From NCBI GenBank assembly GCA_965199825.1, contig OZ241329.1, positions 1,824,001 through 1,888,000 on the forward strand: DNA of 64,000 nt, written 5' to 3'. The stretch is from Bdellovibrionales bacterium (GTDB lineage: Bacteria > Bdellovibrionota > Bdellovibrionia > Bdellovibrionales > UBA1609). Position numbers and translations under genes: made by a program. Shown in pieces: positions 40,432-49,545 of the stretch. The first letter of the stretch is position 1. Each line of letters begins with the position of its first letter. Below the pieces are notes generated by a model. That model ran no database searches. It was not told the origin of the DNA and saw nothing but the letters and a program-made list of their open reading frames with translations.

Positions 40432-40876
40432 CGTCTTTGAGTTCGATTAAATACAATTTGTAATCTTGGACAATTTCGGCGCAGGTATGAAATCCAATGC
40501 GTGAGCCATACAATTTGTTAATTGTTGGATTTCGATCGTTGAGATCAATAAGCGATTTTCCGAATTTAGCGCCGTTTTCAAATTTCACCAATTGCAAAGA
40601 AATATTTTCTCCCGGCTTTGAGGTAAACGCACATTCTAGATCGTTTCTAATATCTTTTTTTAATTCAGCATTGATCATAGTCACCATCGACTCACAAATG
40701 CTCGAAACATAACCCAACTCTTGTTGAGCGAGAGTGGGACTCGAGATGCTTTTGGTATAAATCAATCGTTCTTGATCCAAGGTCGATCGCTTGATAATAA
40801 CCGAATCGCTTGTTGTTTTGCAGGTCAAAGGGGCGGCAAATAAAAATGGGCTAAAAAGCATTAAAAGATATTTCAT
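40421..40876 (-). CDS. secreted hypothetical protein
   Basis: Likely ATG at 40876 (MKYLLMLFSPFLFA); four Cys. Confidence 0.7.
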   Translation of the reverse strand: MKYLLMLFSPFLFAAPLTCKTTSDSVIIKRSTLDQERLIYTKSISSPTLAQQELGYVSSICESMVTMINAELKKDIRNDLECAFTSKPGENISLQLVKFENGAKFGKSLIDLNDRNPTINKLYGSRIGFHTCAEIVQDYKLYLIELKDAKK

Positions 40877-40889
40877 AACAAAACTTGTT

Positions 40890-40905
40890 TGCAAATCGAG
40901 AGCCA
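40890..40905 (-). promoter_or_regulatory. sigma54 -24/-12 promoter
   Basis: Minus strand TGGCtctcgatTTGCa, GG-N10-GC, 14 nt before ATG 40876. Confidence 0.6.
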
Positions 40906-40972
40906 CCCGACTTTGGTCGCTATGTTGGAACACCGCTCCCTTTATTCTGCCAAATTGGTTTAAGCTTTTTGT

Positions 40973-42019
40973 GTGATCATCTATTTTCTTTTCATTAGTC
41001 ATGTGTACGCCAGTTGCAATGCGCGACTTTTACCTGCAGTGAGCTATGAGAATCTCGCTTGTAAGCCGACAACGGCCCAGTTTATCTCAACACTTCCGGT
41101 TTATAATTCAAAAATCTCTAACACTGGTACAAATAGCGAACCAGCAAAATGCCAACCCCAAAAAGTGAGTGTGCCCACAAACTGTCAAAGTTGTCAGTGT
41201 GCTGCGCAAAACTTGCAAGCTTTTGCCAAAAGTCACACCTGTGAGCAGGTGAGCGATCATATCGACAGCATCTCACCTTGGAAGAGTTTAAATGGGCAAA
41301 CTCCTGATCAAACCCGGTTTATGAGATTCCATGCATTGAGTGATTTGGCTTCTCGGCATACAGGAGCTTACGATCAAGATGCGACAAATAAGATCTATGG
41401 TGATTTTCCGCCGGATTGGCCAAAGATGAAACAAGCGATGATCGGCTGTACGGCCGCAATTGAAACCAATGCGAGCTTTGAGCCTCTGACGATTGATCAA
41501 CGAACCTGCACCAAAAAGAAAAAAAAGGTTTTGGCATCCTCGAGCGTTGGAATGTCTCAACAGATGATCACCGGGTACAACGAGGCGGTGGGTGTTGGTC
41601 ATCGTATCAATAAGGTGTTCACCCCATTTGTTAGCAAAATCAAAAGATATCAATCTGAAAATGGACAGAAGATTTTAAAAGAATTTGATACTCTGTCAAC
41701 CGATCCAGAACTCCAGATTGAATTTCTTGATTATTTTTTATCAGTAAAGGCCTCGAGCTTGCGATACCTCAATGGTGGAAAAATCAAAAGTACAAATTTT
41801 GAGATGGTGAGACAACTCGCTGAACTCTACAACGCAAGTAACACCAAAGTGTCTTACGGCAAGGGCGTGGCGGCCTGTACCGAATGCATTTACAACCTGA
41901 CCCAAAAAACTGATTACAACTCAGCCCAACTCGACAGATGTTTGGCCAAAGCTAAGACTGCACTTTGTAAAGAGGTTCAGATCGATCATCCAGCAGACAA
42001 CTTTAAGTGTGGGAGCTAA
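40973..42019 (+). CDS. secreted Cys-rich protein with divergent lysozyme-like/lytic transglycosylase domain
   Basis: AAIETNASFEP, SSVGMSQ, DPELQI, YNAS correspond to SLT motifs xESxFxP, GxGLMQ, DPxxNI, YNAG. Confidence 0.65.
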   Translation: MIIYFLFISHVYASCNARLLPAVSYENLACKPTTAQFISTLPVYNSKISNTGTNSEPAKCQPQKVSVPTNCQSCQCAAQNLQAFAKSHTCEQVSDHIDSISPWKSLNGQTPDQTRFMRFHALSDLASRHTGAYDQDATNKIYGDFPPDWPKMKQAMIGCTAAIETNASFEPLTIDQRTCTKKKKKVLASSSVGMSQQMITGYNEAVGVGHRINKVFTPFVSKIKRYQSENGQKILKEFDTLSTDPELQIEFLDYFLSVKASSLRYLNGGKIKSTNFEMVRQLAELYNASNTKVSYGKGVAACTECIYNLTQKTDYNSAQLDRCLAKAKTALCKEVQIDHPADNFKCGS

Positions 42020-42020
42020 T

Positions 42021-42461
42021 ATGATTCTATATTATTTGTTTATGACTCTCAGCTTTGCTCTTCAAACAACAGTGATCACTTCCCAAACTGATGAGAACGC
42101 AATTGTGCATCTTTCAATCAAGTGGGACGCCACCCAGCCGCCGTTTGAATACTCCGACAATACACCCAATAATTTATTTGCCCGCTCGCAAGAAATGATT
42201 TTTGGCTCAGCTAAACCGCTATTGATTACCGAATGGGAAGCGGGGAATACCCCGCTGCTAAGGATCTTTAATTTCAATTGTTTGCCCCAGCCCTTGGTGT
42301 TTAGCGAGTACATGTCGGGTGAGCCATCATTTGATAAAATGTCTCACTCGATCAAAGCCCGTTTGGCACAAAAAAAAGATGATGATTCAATTGATTTGAA
42401 AACATGTTTGATCTCGGCAGATTGCACCAAACCTTCGTGCCGTTCGGAAAATATCAAATGA
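42021..42461 (+). CDS. small secreted hypothetical protein
   Basis: Starts 1 nt after the upstream stop; signal peptide MILYYLFMTLSFA. Confidence 0.72.
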   Translation: MILYYLFMTLSFALQTTVITSQTDENAIVHLSIKWDATQPPFEYSDNTPNNLFARSQEMIFGSAKPLLITEWEAGNTPLLRIFNFNCLPQPLVFSEYMSGEPSFDKMSHSIKARLAQKKDDDSIDLKTCLISADCTKPSCRSENIK

Positions 42462-42527
42462 GCGAGAATGAGTTTGCATTTATATTCAAAGACTTCTTAG
42501 TCTGAGAAAGGACCAAGGAGGGACCAC

Positions 42528-42962
42528 ATGACCAAGCAGCCTGTTTCATTTTTGACTCAGTCCCGGTTTTATTCACCCGCATTCAATTCGGCGATCTTTG
42601 ATGGTCCATTTCGAATTTATTTTGCCCAATATCAGGAAGCTTTGGCGCTCAAAATTTATTTTAAACTTCAAGAACAGATGAAGGCTTTTTATGTGCAAGC
42701 CAAAGCCGAATTTAAATTGCGCGGCCGAAGTGTGTTTGTGATGCTCTATCCCTCAAGCGATACTTTTGAAAACTGTTTTTTGGCAGGCAAAAGCGCGATT
42801 CATGTGATGATGGATCATATTGGTGAAGATCCGGTGATCGGTGTCAGAGGTCCGATAAAAGATCAGGATTTTGAGCAGATCTTTTCTGAAATTGTGGCGG
42901 TGTTAGAGACCGTTCAAACTCGTCGACCAAAATCGAGCGAACGACCGCTTGATTTTATTTAG
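42528..42962 (+). CDS. hypothetical protein
   Basis: Strong RBS (AAGGAGG); 144-aa ORF with FNSAIFDGPFRIYFAQYQE segment. Confidence 0.75.
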   Translation: MTKQPVSFLTQSRFYSPAFNSAIFDGPFRIYFAQYQEALALKIYFKLQEQMKAFYVQAKAEFKLRGRSVFVMLYPSSDTFENCFLAGKSAIHVMMDHIGEDPVIGVRGPIKDQDFEQIFSEIVAVLETVQTRRPKSSERPLDFI

Positions 42963-42984
42963 TCGGGCATGGCCAGTTGAGATC

Positions 42985-43494
42985 TTAAAAATCTTCGAGT
43001 TTAGGATCAGCCCAATCCATTGCACCGATACCTTCGAACACCACTTCGCCTTTTTTATTCAAAATATAATGAGTCGGAATCTCTTTGGGCTCAAACCCTT
43101 GATCAAGAACTCCATTCACCAGCTCGATATCCTCGGCTTGCCAAAACTCTAAAGAGGCTTTGATTTCTGCCGCATCCTTTGAAGCATTCAGCACAACAAC
43201 CTCAAGATCAGGCTCGCTCATTTTTTGATAAAGTCGATTCAAAACCGGGAGTTCTTTAAGACAAGGCGCACACCAATAGGCCCAAAGATCAACGATCACC
43301 ACTTTTTTGCTAAAATCATTTAAAGATTTTTTTTGTCCATCGGGACCTGACCACTTAATTTCGGGCGCTTTGTTTTTAAAAGCTTGTTCAGGTGGGCGAA
43401 AGGCTTGGAGCGCAATGGACGACTCGCCTGGTTGTTGGGTAAAATAAAATAGACCTAAAAAAAGCAGGAGCATCAGTGCTGCGGCAATTTTCAT
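42985..43494 (-). CDS. TlpA/ResA-family thiol-disulfide oxidoreductase
   Basis: N-terminal TM; DLWAYWCAPCLKELP; IPTHYIL. Confidence 0.9.
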   Translation of the reverse strand: MKIAAALMLLLFLGLFYFTQQPGESSIALQAFRPPEQAFKNKAPEIKWSGPDGQKKSLNDFSKKVVIVDLWAYWCAPCLKELPVLNRLYQKMSEPDLEVVVLNASKDAAEIKASLEFWQAEDIELVNGVLDQGFEPKEIPTHYILNKKGEVVFEGIGAMDWADPKLEDF

Positions 43495-43529
43495 TATTAA
43501 AAATGTGCTTCGTCGAGAGGTGGATTCGT

Positions 43530-43748
43530 TTGCTTGCATACAATTGCAACAGTAGGCGCAAAGCTCAGTCGGGTCAAATTGTGGTTGAGTATGTGTTGTT
43601 GCTCATCATTGGTGTGACCATCGCATTTTTTATTAGCACCACGATGGTTTCTCGCAGCGAATCTTCGCCTGGTTTTTTAATTCAAAAATGGAGTGCGCTG
43701 ATATCAATCATTGGCGCCGATGACGCCAATGATGTGGACCCTAATTAA
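43530..43748 (+). CDS. small type IV/Flp-TadE pilin-like protein (class III signal peptide)
   Basis: RRKAQSG|QIVVEYVLLLIIG prepilin motif with E at +5; TTG start at 43530 with GAGAGG RBS. Confidence 0.72.
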   Translation: MLAYNCNSRRKAQSGQIVVEYVLLLIIGVTIAFFISTTMVSRSESSPGFLIQKWSALISIIGADDANDVDPN

Positions 43749-45235
43749 TTGTCCGAAATTTGATAGATCGACTCTTTAAGAAGAGGCAAAATTTCGACCG
43801 TATCTAAATTATGATCGGTGTAAAACTCAAGATGACCCAGAGCAAACAAAGCAAATTCGGCAATGATGCTGCCGTAAAATTTGCCATAATAACGACTCTG
43901 AACAATCGGTGCATTCAACACTAAGCCGGCAAAAGTGGCTTCAAAGGAATTGATACAAATACGCTGTGGATCTTGTTGTCCGTAGGGCCGGCCGCTGACT
44001 GGATCGTTCATCGCGTATCGGTATCCAGAGTCGGTGCAATTGGATCCGCAATTGTCCACTTCGGTTTGGGTGTGACCTTCGGTAGGTTCCCAATTTCCGC
44101 CGCTATCGAGATTGCGAAAGTAAGCAATCGTGTCATGGGTAGAATTCAAAGTTAGCTTTTTATAGTAGCCCGCTGAATCGGTAAGACCGGTGATTAAATC
44201 TCGATCGTGCAAAATGTCTTGGTTAAAATTAAGATTGTCCTGATAGGTGGGAGCATTACGAAGTCCAGCCGCATATTGCAGTCGATCCGACATGGTCGAC
44301 ATACCAACCATAATTGCTCGCGCACTCGAAATTTGGAGATTTGCTCCTTTCAGAGCATAGTCTCCCACATATGTTGGAGGACCTTGGATAAAAACAGATC
44401 CGGTGACATAAATGCGGCAACCCGCTTGATCCGTATCCACCTGAACGTTATTTAAAAATAAAGTGCCATCAACAAACACATCGCCACGGCAAGTAAGAGT
44501 TCCGTTGTTTGAGATATAATACTCAGTACGATTGATCGCCCCAAACTGAAGTTGAACTCCATTTAAAACTGCAGTGGGACTGCGCCACACCGCCTGAAAA
44601 TAGGGACTGACATCAACAAGTACTGCTTGCTGTAATGAAATTAAATTTCGAATCATCTGGGCGGTCGGGGCACCGATGTAGATCGATTGTTTTTCGACCA
44701 ACTTCGAAGTGATGTCGGCGCTCAAAGCATTTTGGCTCAAAAGAAAATTCTTTAAGGTCAAAGTCGAATTGTCTTTTGCCTGTAACAGTTGGGCATGTGG
44801 AATAACAAAACTGCCATCAATAGTTACCGCAGGATCGTTGAGCGTTGTAAAATAATTGGCTCCAGTAGCGTTACCTTGACCGTTAAAGGAACCGTTGTTC
44901 CATAAGCCATAGAACGTATCTTTGAATGATTGTTTTTGAATCGAATTTGTTCCGTTGCTGTTGTTTTCTTGATACTGGGTGCGACCAAAAAAGAACGGAT
45001 CTTTGTAACCAAAATCGGTCACAAGATCGCCGTGAACTTGGGCATGACACGAAATGCACGCGGGCGCGCGCACCGCAAGGGCAGGTTTAATTTCATAACT
45101 GGGCGGAATATAAGGGGTGATCGATTGCTCGGCTTGTTTAGGAATAAGCGATACATTCGAACAATTCTGAAATAACAAAATTGTAAGAGAAGCCAGAAGA
45201 AATCCCGCTAACTTATATTTCTTTAATAATGCCAT
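43745..45235 (-). CDS. FQNC-type lipoprotein with a CxxCH motif and beta-helix-like region
   Basis: LFQNC leader; CISCH; GDVFVDGTL, IYVTGSVFI, YGKFYGSIIA strands. Confidence 0.8.
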   Translation of the reverse strand: MALLKKYKLAGFLLASLTILLFQNCSNVSLIPKQAEQSITPYIPPSYEIKPALAVRAPACISCHAQVHGDLVTDFGYKDPFFFGRTQYQENNSNGTNSIQKQSFKDTFYGLWNNGSFNGQGNATGANYFTTLNDPAVTIDGSFVIPHAQLLQAKDNSTLTLKNFLLSQNALSADITSKLVEKQSIYIGAPTAQMIRNLISLQQAVLVDVSPYFQAVWRSPTAVLNGVQLQFGAINRTEYYISNNGTLTCRGDVFVDGTLFLNNVQVDTDQAGCRIYVTGSVFIQGPPTYVGDYALKGANLQISSARAIMVGMSTMSDRLQYAAGLRNAPTYQDNLNFNQDILHDRDLITGLTDSAGYYKKLTLNSTHDTIAYFRNLDSGGNWEPTEGHTQTEVDNCGSNCTDSGYRYAMNDPVSGRPYGQQDPQRICINSFEATFAGLVLNAPIVQSRYYGKFYGSIIAEFALFALGHLEFYTDHNLDTVEILPLLKESIYQISDN

Positions 45236-45241
45236 AACAAT

Positions 45242-45307
45242 TTATCGGTCGTTTTGAGACTAAGGTTGAGACAATTTTATGCGGACCAATACGTCTCAAT
45301 TTGAAAC
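45242..45307 (-). promoter_or_regulatory. sigma28-like promoter plus GTCTCAATTTGAAAC palindrome and two TTGAGAC half-sites
   Basis: Minus strand CAAC-N15-ACCGATAA before ATG 45235; palindrome 45293-45307; TTGAGAC ending at 45260 and 45272. Confidence 0.55.
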
Positions 45308-45312
45308 AGGAG

Positions 45313-46005
45313 TTATAAATAAACCGAAGTTCTTTTGCTCACGAGGTCGGTCAGAGTGGTTTGCATTTGATCCCTCAAATCTTCGCTGATCTCTTTAACA
45401 AGCTCCCGATCGTTGGCGGCTTCAGGTCCATAGGGCAGATAAATCGGTTTTAAAAACACCATTTTCCAGCGTGCGGGCAGTGGAATTATATTTAGCGGTA
45501 ATGGCGCCATTAATTTTTTGGGTAAACGCAATTGGGCAAGATTAATATGTGTTTCTTCAGCACCCACAATCAAGGTGGGTAGGATGGGGGACCCGGTGTT
45601 CAAAGCCATTCGCACAAAACCACGCTTAAATTCTTGCAGATGATACGCCTTAAGTGAGGGCTTGAAATTTCCCAACTCGCCTTCGGGAAATAACACCACC
45701 GCACCTTGATTCTCGAGCTTGTCGATTCCGTTTTGTTTTGTGGCTTCGACAAATCCAAATTTTTCGACAAGTTTTGTTGAGAGCGAGTTGGCAAACCACA
45801 GTTTATGGGTCATGACCGCCGGAATCTCACCCCGAATTTTTGTTAGATTGTGCGAGAGCATCATTGCATCCAAGGCCAAAAATCCAGAGTGATTGGGAGC
45901 GACGATTAAGGGTCCTTTGAGTGGAATATTCTCCGCTCCAATTATTTCGAGACGAAAGTATTTGGCAAACAGATCCATAAAAAAATAAGGCAGTCGATCC
46001 CACAT
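45313..46005 (-). CDS. lysophospholipid acyltransferase family protein
   Basis: NHSGFLALD, FPEG, GFVRMAL. Confidence 0.88.
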   Translation of the reverse strand: MWDRLPYFFMDLFAKYFRLEIIGAENIPLKGPLIVAPNHSGFLALDAMMLSHNLTKIRGEIPAVMTHKLWFANSLSTKLVEKFGFVEATKQNGIDKLENQGAVVLFPEGELGNFKPSLKAYHLQEFKRGFVRMALNTGSPILPTLIVGAEETHINLAQLRLPKKLMAPLPLNIIPLPARWKMVFLKPIYLPYGPEAANDRELVKEISEDLRDQMQTTLTDLVSKRTSVYL

Positions 46006-46067
46006 GAAGCTTTAGTAAAGCAACCAAAAGCATTGCAATTCAACCTTAAAGAATTCTTAAATAACTT

Positions 46068-47513
46068 ATGAGTTCTTACATATTGAGTATTGATCAGGGA
46101 ACAACCGGAAGCACTGTTGCGCTGATGTCAGACCAGGCGAAGGTCGAAGTTAAAGTGACGGTGGATTTTCCACAAATTTTTCCAAAGCCAGGATGGGTCG
46201 AGCATGATCCCGAAGAGATTTGGAAAAGTGTGCTCGAAGGAATCAAAAAAGTTTTGGCAAAAAAGCCAGAAGCCCAAATCGCTGCCATTGGAATCACGAA
46301 TCAGCGAGAAACTGTTGTGATGTGGGATCCAAAAACGGGCAAGCCTGTTTATAACGCCATCGTTTGGCAATGCCGTAGAACATCGGAGCGTTGCCAAAAA
46401 TTAAAAGCTGATCAAAAGTGGATTCGGAAAAAAACCGGACTGGTGATTGATCCCTATTTTTCATCCACAAAAATAGAATGGTTGCTTCAACACACGCCAA
46501 ATAAAAATGTGATTTGCGGCACGATCGATAGTTTTCTTTTGTGGCGTTTGACCAAAGGCAAGAGTCACAAAACCGATGTGTCCAATGCCTCGCGCACACA
46601 GTTGATGAATCTGAATCAACTCGATTGGGATCAAGAGCTTTTAAAAAAGTTTAAAGTTCCATTGGGCATACTGCCTGAGATTGTCTCTTCCAGCGGTGAG
46701 TTCGGCAAAGTTGTCGGTATCGAAGGAATTCAAGATGGCACACCCATCTGCGGGATGGCGGGCGATCAACAGGCCGCCTTGTTTGGGCAGGCCTGTTTTT
46801 CTCAAGGAGATACCAAATGCACTTTTGGAACGGGCAGTTTTTTGTTGATGAACACCGGCTCAAAACCCCAATTTTCAAAAAACGGTTTACTCACTACAGT
46901 GGCATGGCGCTTAAATAAACAAAAAGCTGTTTATGCACTTGAAGGCGGCGCATTTATTTGTGGGGCTGCGGTGCAATTTTTGAGAGATCAAATTCATTTA
47001 TTTTCAAAAAGTGCAGATATCGAAAAGTTGGCCTCTGAAGTCAAAGATTCAGGCGGAGTTGAATTCGTTCCGGCATTGACCGGTTTAAGTGCACCTTATT
47101 GGAATCCTCAGGCGCGAGGATTAATTTGTGGATTGACCCGCGGGACCACTATTCCTCATCTTGCCCGCGCAACCCTTGAGGCTATGGCTCTGCAAAATGC
47201 CGAGATTCTTTACTGTATGCAAGACGACACAAAAAAGAAAATCAAAAATTTAAGAGTCGACGGAGGTGCGGCAAGTAATAATCTATTGATGCAAATCCAA
47301 TCTGATTATTTAGGCCGTTCACTCGATCGGCCTCATGTGATCGAAACAACCGTTGCGGGTGCCGCATTTTTGGCGGGCCTTGGTGTGGGATTGTGGTCGG
47401 ATCAAAAATCAATTCAGTGGCAAAAAGACAAAACGTTTACGCCCCAAATAAATAAAAAATCGCGTGAGGAGCGAATGTTAAAATGGAAAAAAGCGGTCAG
47501 CCGATCGATTTAA
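46068..47513 (+). CDS. glpK: glycerol kinase
   Basis: IDQGTTGS, GITNQRET, AIVWQCRR, TDVSNASRT, GDQQAALFG, VDGG. Confidence 0.96.
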   Translation: MSSYILSIDQGTTGSTVALMSDQAKVEVKVTVDFPQIFPKPGWVEHDPEEIWKSVLEGIKKVLAKKPEAQIAAIGITNQRETVVMWDPKTGKPVYNAIVWQCRRTSERCQKLKADQKWIRKKTGLVIDPYFSSTKIEWLLQHTPNKNVICGTIDSFLLWRLTKGKSHKTDVSNASRTQLMNLNQLDWDQELLKKFKVPLGILPEIVSSSGEFGKVVGIEGIQDGTPICGMAGDQQAALFGQACFSQGDTKCTFGTGSFLLMNTGSKPQFSKNGLLTTVAWRLNKQKAVYALEGGAFICGAAVQFLRDQIHLFSKSADIEKLASEVKDSGGVEFVPALTGLSAPYWNPQARGLICGLTRGTTIPHLARATLEAMALQNAEILYCMQDDTKKKIKNLRVDGGAASNNLLMQIQSDYLGRSLDRPHVIETTVAGAAFLAGLGVGLWSDQKSIQWQKDKTFTPQINKKSREERMLKWKKAVSRSI

Positions 47514-47518
47514 AAATG

Positions 47519-48004
47519 TTAGTGTAAAAGCCCTTTGCTCACACAAGGATCATCAACCATTTGTTGATCAATTCGTTTTACCACTTCTGAGATCTCGGCG
47601 ACTGTGGTGGTCTCAGAAAATGCGGCAACCAACATCGCCATTCCATTGGGAGTTGTGCGCTTTGCTATCTTTTGGCTTTTAAAAAGTTGGGGATAAGCGA
47701 TCATCTCTTTTTTAATCAGAACAAAAAACGAAAGCAATTCGGGGTTATTGGCGACGATGATTTCGGTCAATTCAAATATTTCAAGCTGCTCTTTGTCCAT
47801 CGCAACGGCTAACGCAAGATGAGCATTTTTGATTTCGGGCGTGATATAAAGCCCAGAATGTTTGTAGTCCGAGACCATAATAAATTCGTTTTTGAATTGG
47901 GAGGACTTTCGAAACTCAAAAACTTGAAAGAGCCGCTCAATCGAAATTTCGGTGGAGGCAAAGCTAAAAGTGCTAACAAAAAAGCTCAAAATCAGTGCGC
48001 GCAT
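47519..48004 (-). CDS. secreted hypothetical protein
   Basis: Signal peptide MRALILSFFVSTFSFA; helical; ends PCVSKGLLH. Confidence 0.72.
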   Translation of the reverse strand: MRALILSFFVSTFSFASTEISIERLFQVFEFRKSSQFKNEFIMVSDYKHSGLYITPEIKNAHLALAVAMDKEQLEIFELTEIIVANNPELLSFFVLIKKEMIAYPQLFKSQKIAKRTTPNGMAMLVAAFSETTTVAEISEVVKRIDQQMVDDPCVSKGLLH

Positions 48005-48033
48005 ACCGCAATTTAAAACAAGGGTGGTCCAAA

Positions 48034-49482
48034 TTAAAGATCAAAGTTGGTGACAGGCTTTGGCTTGGATTTTTTATTGTGTGAGTCCGGAATGAGTGCT
48101 TTTTTTAAATCATGCACCGATTTTATCCAAACACATTGCGAACCAAATTCCTTTAAGACCGATGGAGCAAGTGCTTTTTCGGCCGAGGCCGGAATCACAA
48201 ATGTTTTAAAGCCCATTTTTGCAGCTTCCTTTAATCGCTCCTCGACAAATGCGACCGCTCGGATTTCACCGGTCAGTCCCATCTCACCAAAAAAACAGGT
48301 TGAGGCCGAGAGCTCAAAATTCCAGTAAGTGCTCAATAAAGCTGCCGCGATGGCCACATCCATTGCGGGTTCTGAAAGTCTTAAGCCGCCGACCACATTG
48401 ACGAATACTTCGGAGCGAGCAAAATCAAGATTGAGATATTTATCAAGGACCGCCATCAACAAATGAACTCGGTTGATATCTAGTCCTAGAGCGGTTCGGC
48501 GGGGATTGGGCATTTCGCTTTTTGAGGTGAGGGCTTGAATTTCACACAGTAAGGGGCGACTGCCTTCAAGTGCGGCAAACACCGCCGAGCCCAAGGCTTG
48601 GGCGCCGCGCTCTTCCAAAAAAAATTGTGAGGGGTTGCTCACTTCGCGAAGTCCCTCAGAGGCCATCTGAAAAACGCCAAGTTCATTGGTTGCACCGAAT
48701 CTATTTTTTAAGGCGCGCAATAATCGAAAGTGGTAATGGGGATCGCCTTCAAAAGATAAAACAGTGTCAACCATATGCTCAAGAACACGTGGGCCCGCGA
48801 GCGAACCATCTTTGGTCACATGACCCACCAAAAAGACCGAAGCCTTTGCGGGGCCCTTTGCAAAACCCATCAGGGCAGCCGCACACTCGCGCACTTGGCT
48901 CACCGTACCGGGGGCAGAAGTCAATTCGGGCATATAAACAGTTTGTATTGAGTCAACAATTAAGACATCGGGCTTTTCGCTCTCAGCCAACGCCAAGATG
49001 GTATCCAGTCGACTTTCTGAAGCCACAAAAATATTTTTATTTACCGCATTGAGACGGGTGGCTCGCAATTTGGTTTGGTCGACACTTTCTTCGCCAGAAA
49101 GATAAAGAACTTTTTTATTTTCTTTAGCAAGACCTAAAGCCATTTGTAAAAGCAAAGTGCTTTTACCAATCCCGGGATCACCGCCCACAAGAACATAACT
49201 GCCCTGAACAAGTCCGCCACCTAAAACTCGATCAAGCTCATGAAGCCCTGTATGAATCCGGGCAAAAGATTTGAGATTGGTTTGATGTTCACTTAAGGCC
49301 ACCGCTTTTGCGGAGTCTTGTGAAGTTGATGCCCATCCGCGTGAACTCGATTTTTGTGCGGCAGGCATAACACGCTCTTCAACGAGGGTGTTCCATTCCC
49401 CACATTCACTGCAACGCCCCTCCCACCTTGGTCTTTGGGCACCACAACTCTGACAGACATATGTGACTTTGGGTTTTGCCAT
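48034..49482 (-). CDS. radA: DNA repair protein RadA/Sms
   Basis: C4 zinc finger, GDPGIGKST, KNRFG, Lon-like C-terminus. Confidence 0.96.
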   Translation of the reverse strand: MAKPKVTYVCQSCGAQRPRWEGRCSECGEWNTLVEERVMPAAQKSSSRGWASTSQDSAKAVALSEHQTNLKSFARIHTGLHELDRVLGGGLVQGSYVLVGGDPGIGKSTLLLQMALGLAKENKKVLYLSGEESVDQTKLRATRLNAVNKNIFVASESRLDTILALAESEKPDVLIVDSIQTVYMPELTSAPGTVSQVRECAAALMGFAKGPAKASVFLVGHVTKDGSLAGPRVLEHMVDTVLSFEGDPHYHFRLLRALKNRFGATNELGVFQMASEGLREVSNPSQFFLEERGAQALGSAVFAALEGSRPLLCEIQALTSKSEMPNPRRTALGLDINRVHLLMAVLDKYLNLDFARSEVFVNVVGGLRLSEPAMDVAIAAALLSTYWNFELSASTCFFGEMGLTGEIRAVAFVEERLKEAAKMGFKTFVIPASAEKALAPSVLKEFGSQCVWIKSVHDLKKALIPDSHNKKSKPKPVTNFDL

Positions 49483-49545
49483 GATCAGTCACAGTAACAT
49501 CGATCTTTTGATCATTCAACGCTTCCGGTAGACGATGAGAGAACA

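Noticed and set aside
41511..41530. Poly-A tract (KKKKK) as a phase-variation site
   Set aside because: A/T runs of 8-9 are common throughout this AT-rich window and the frame is intact
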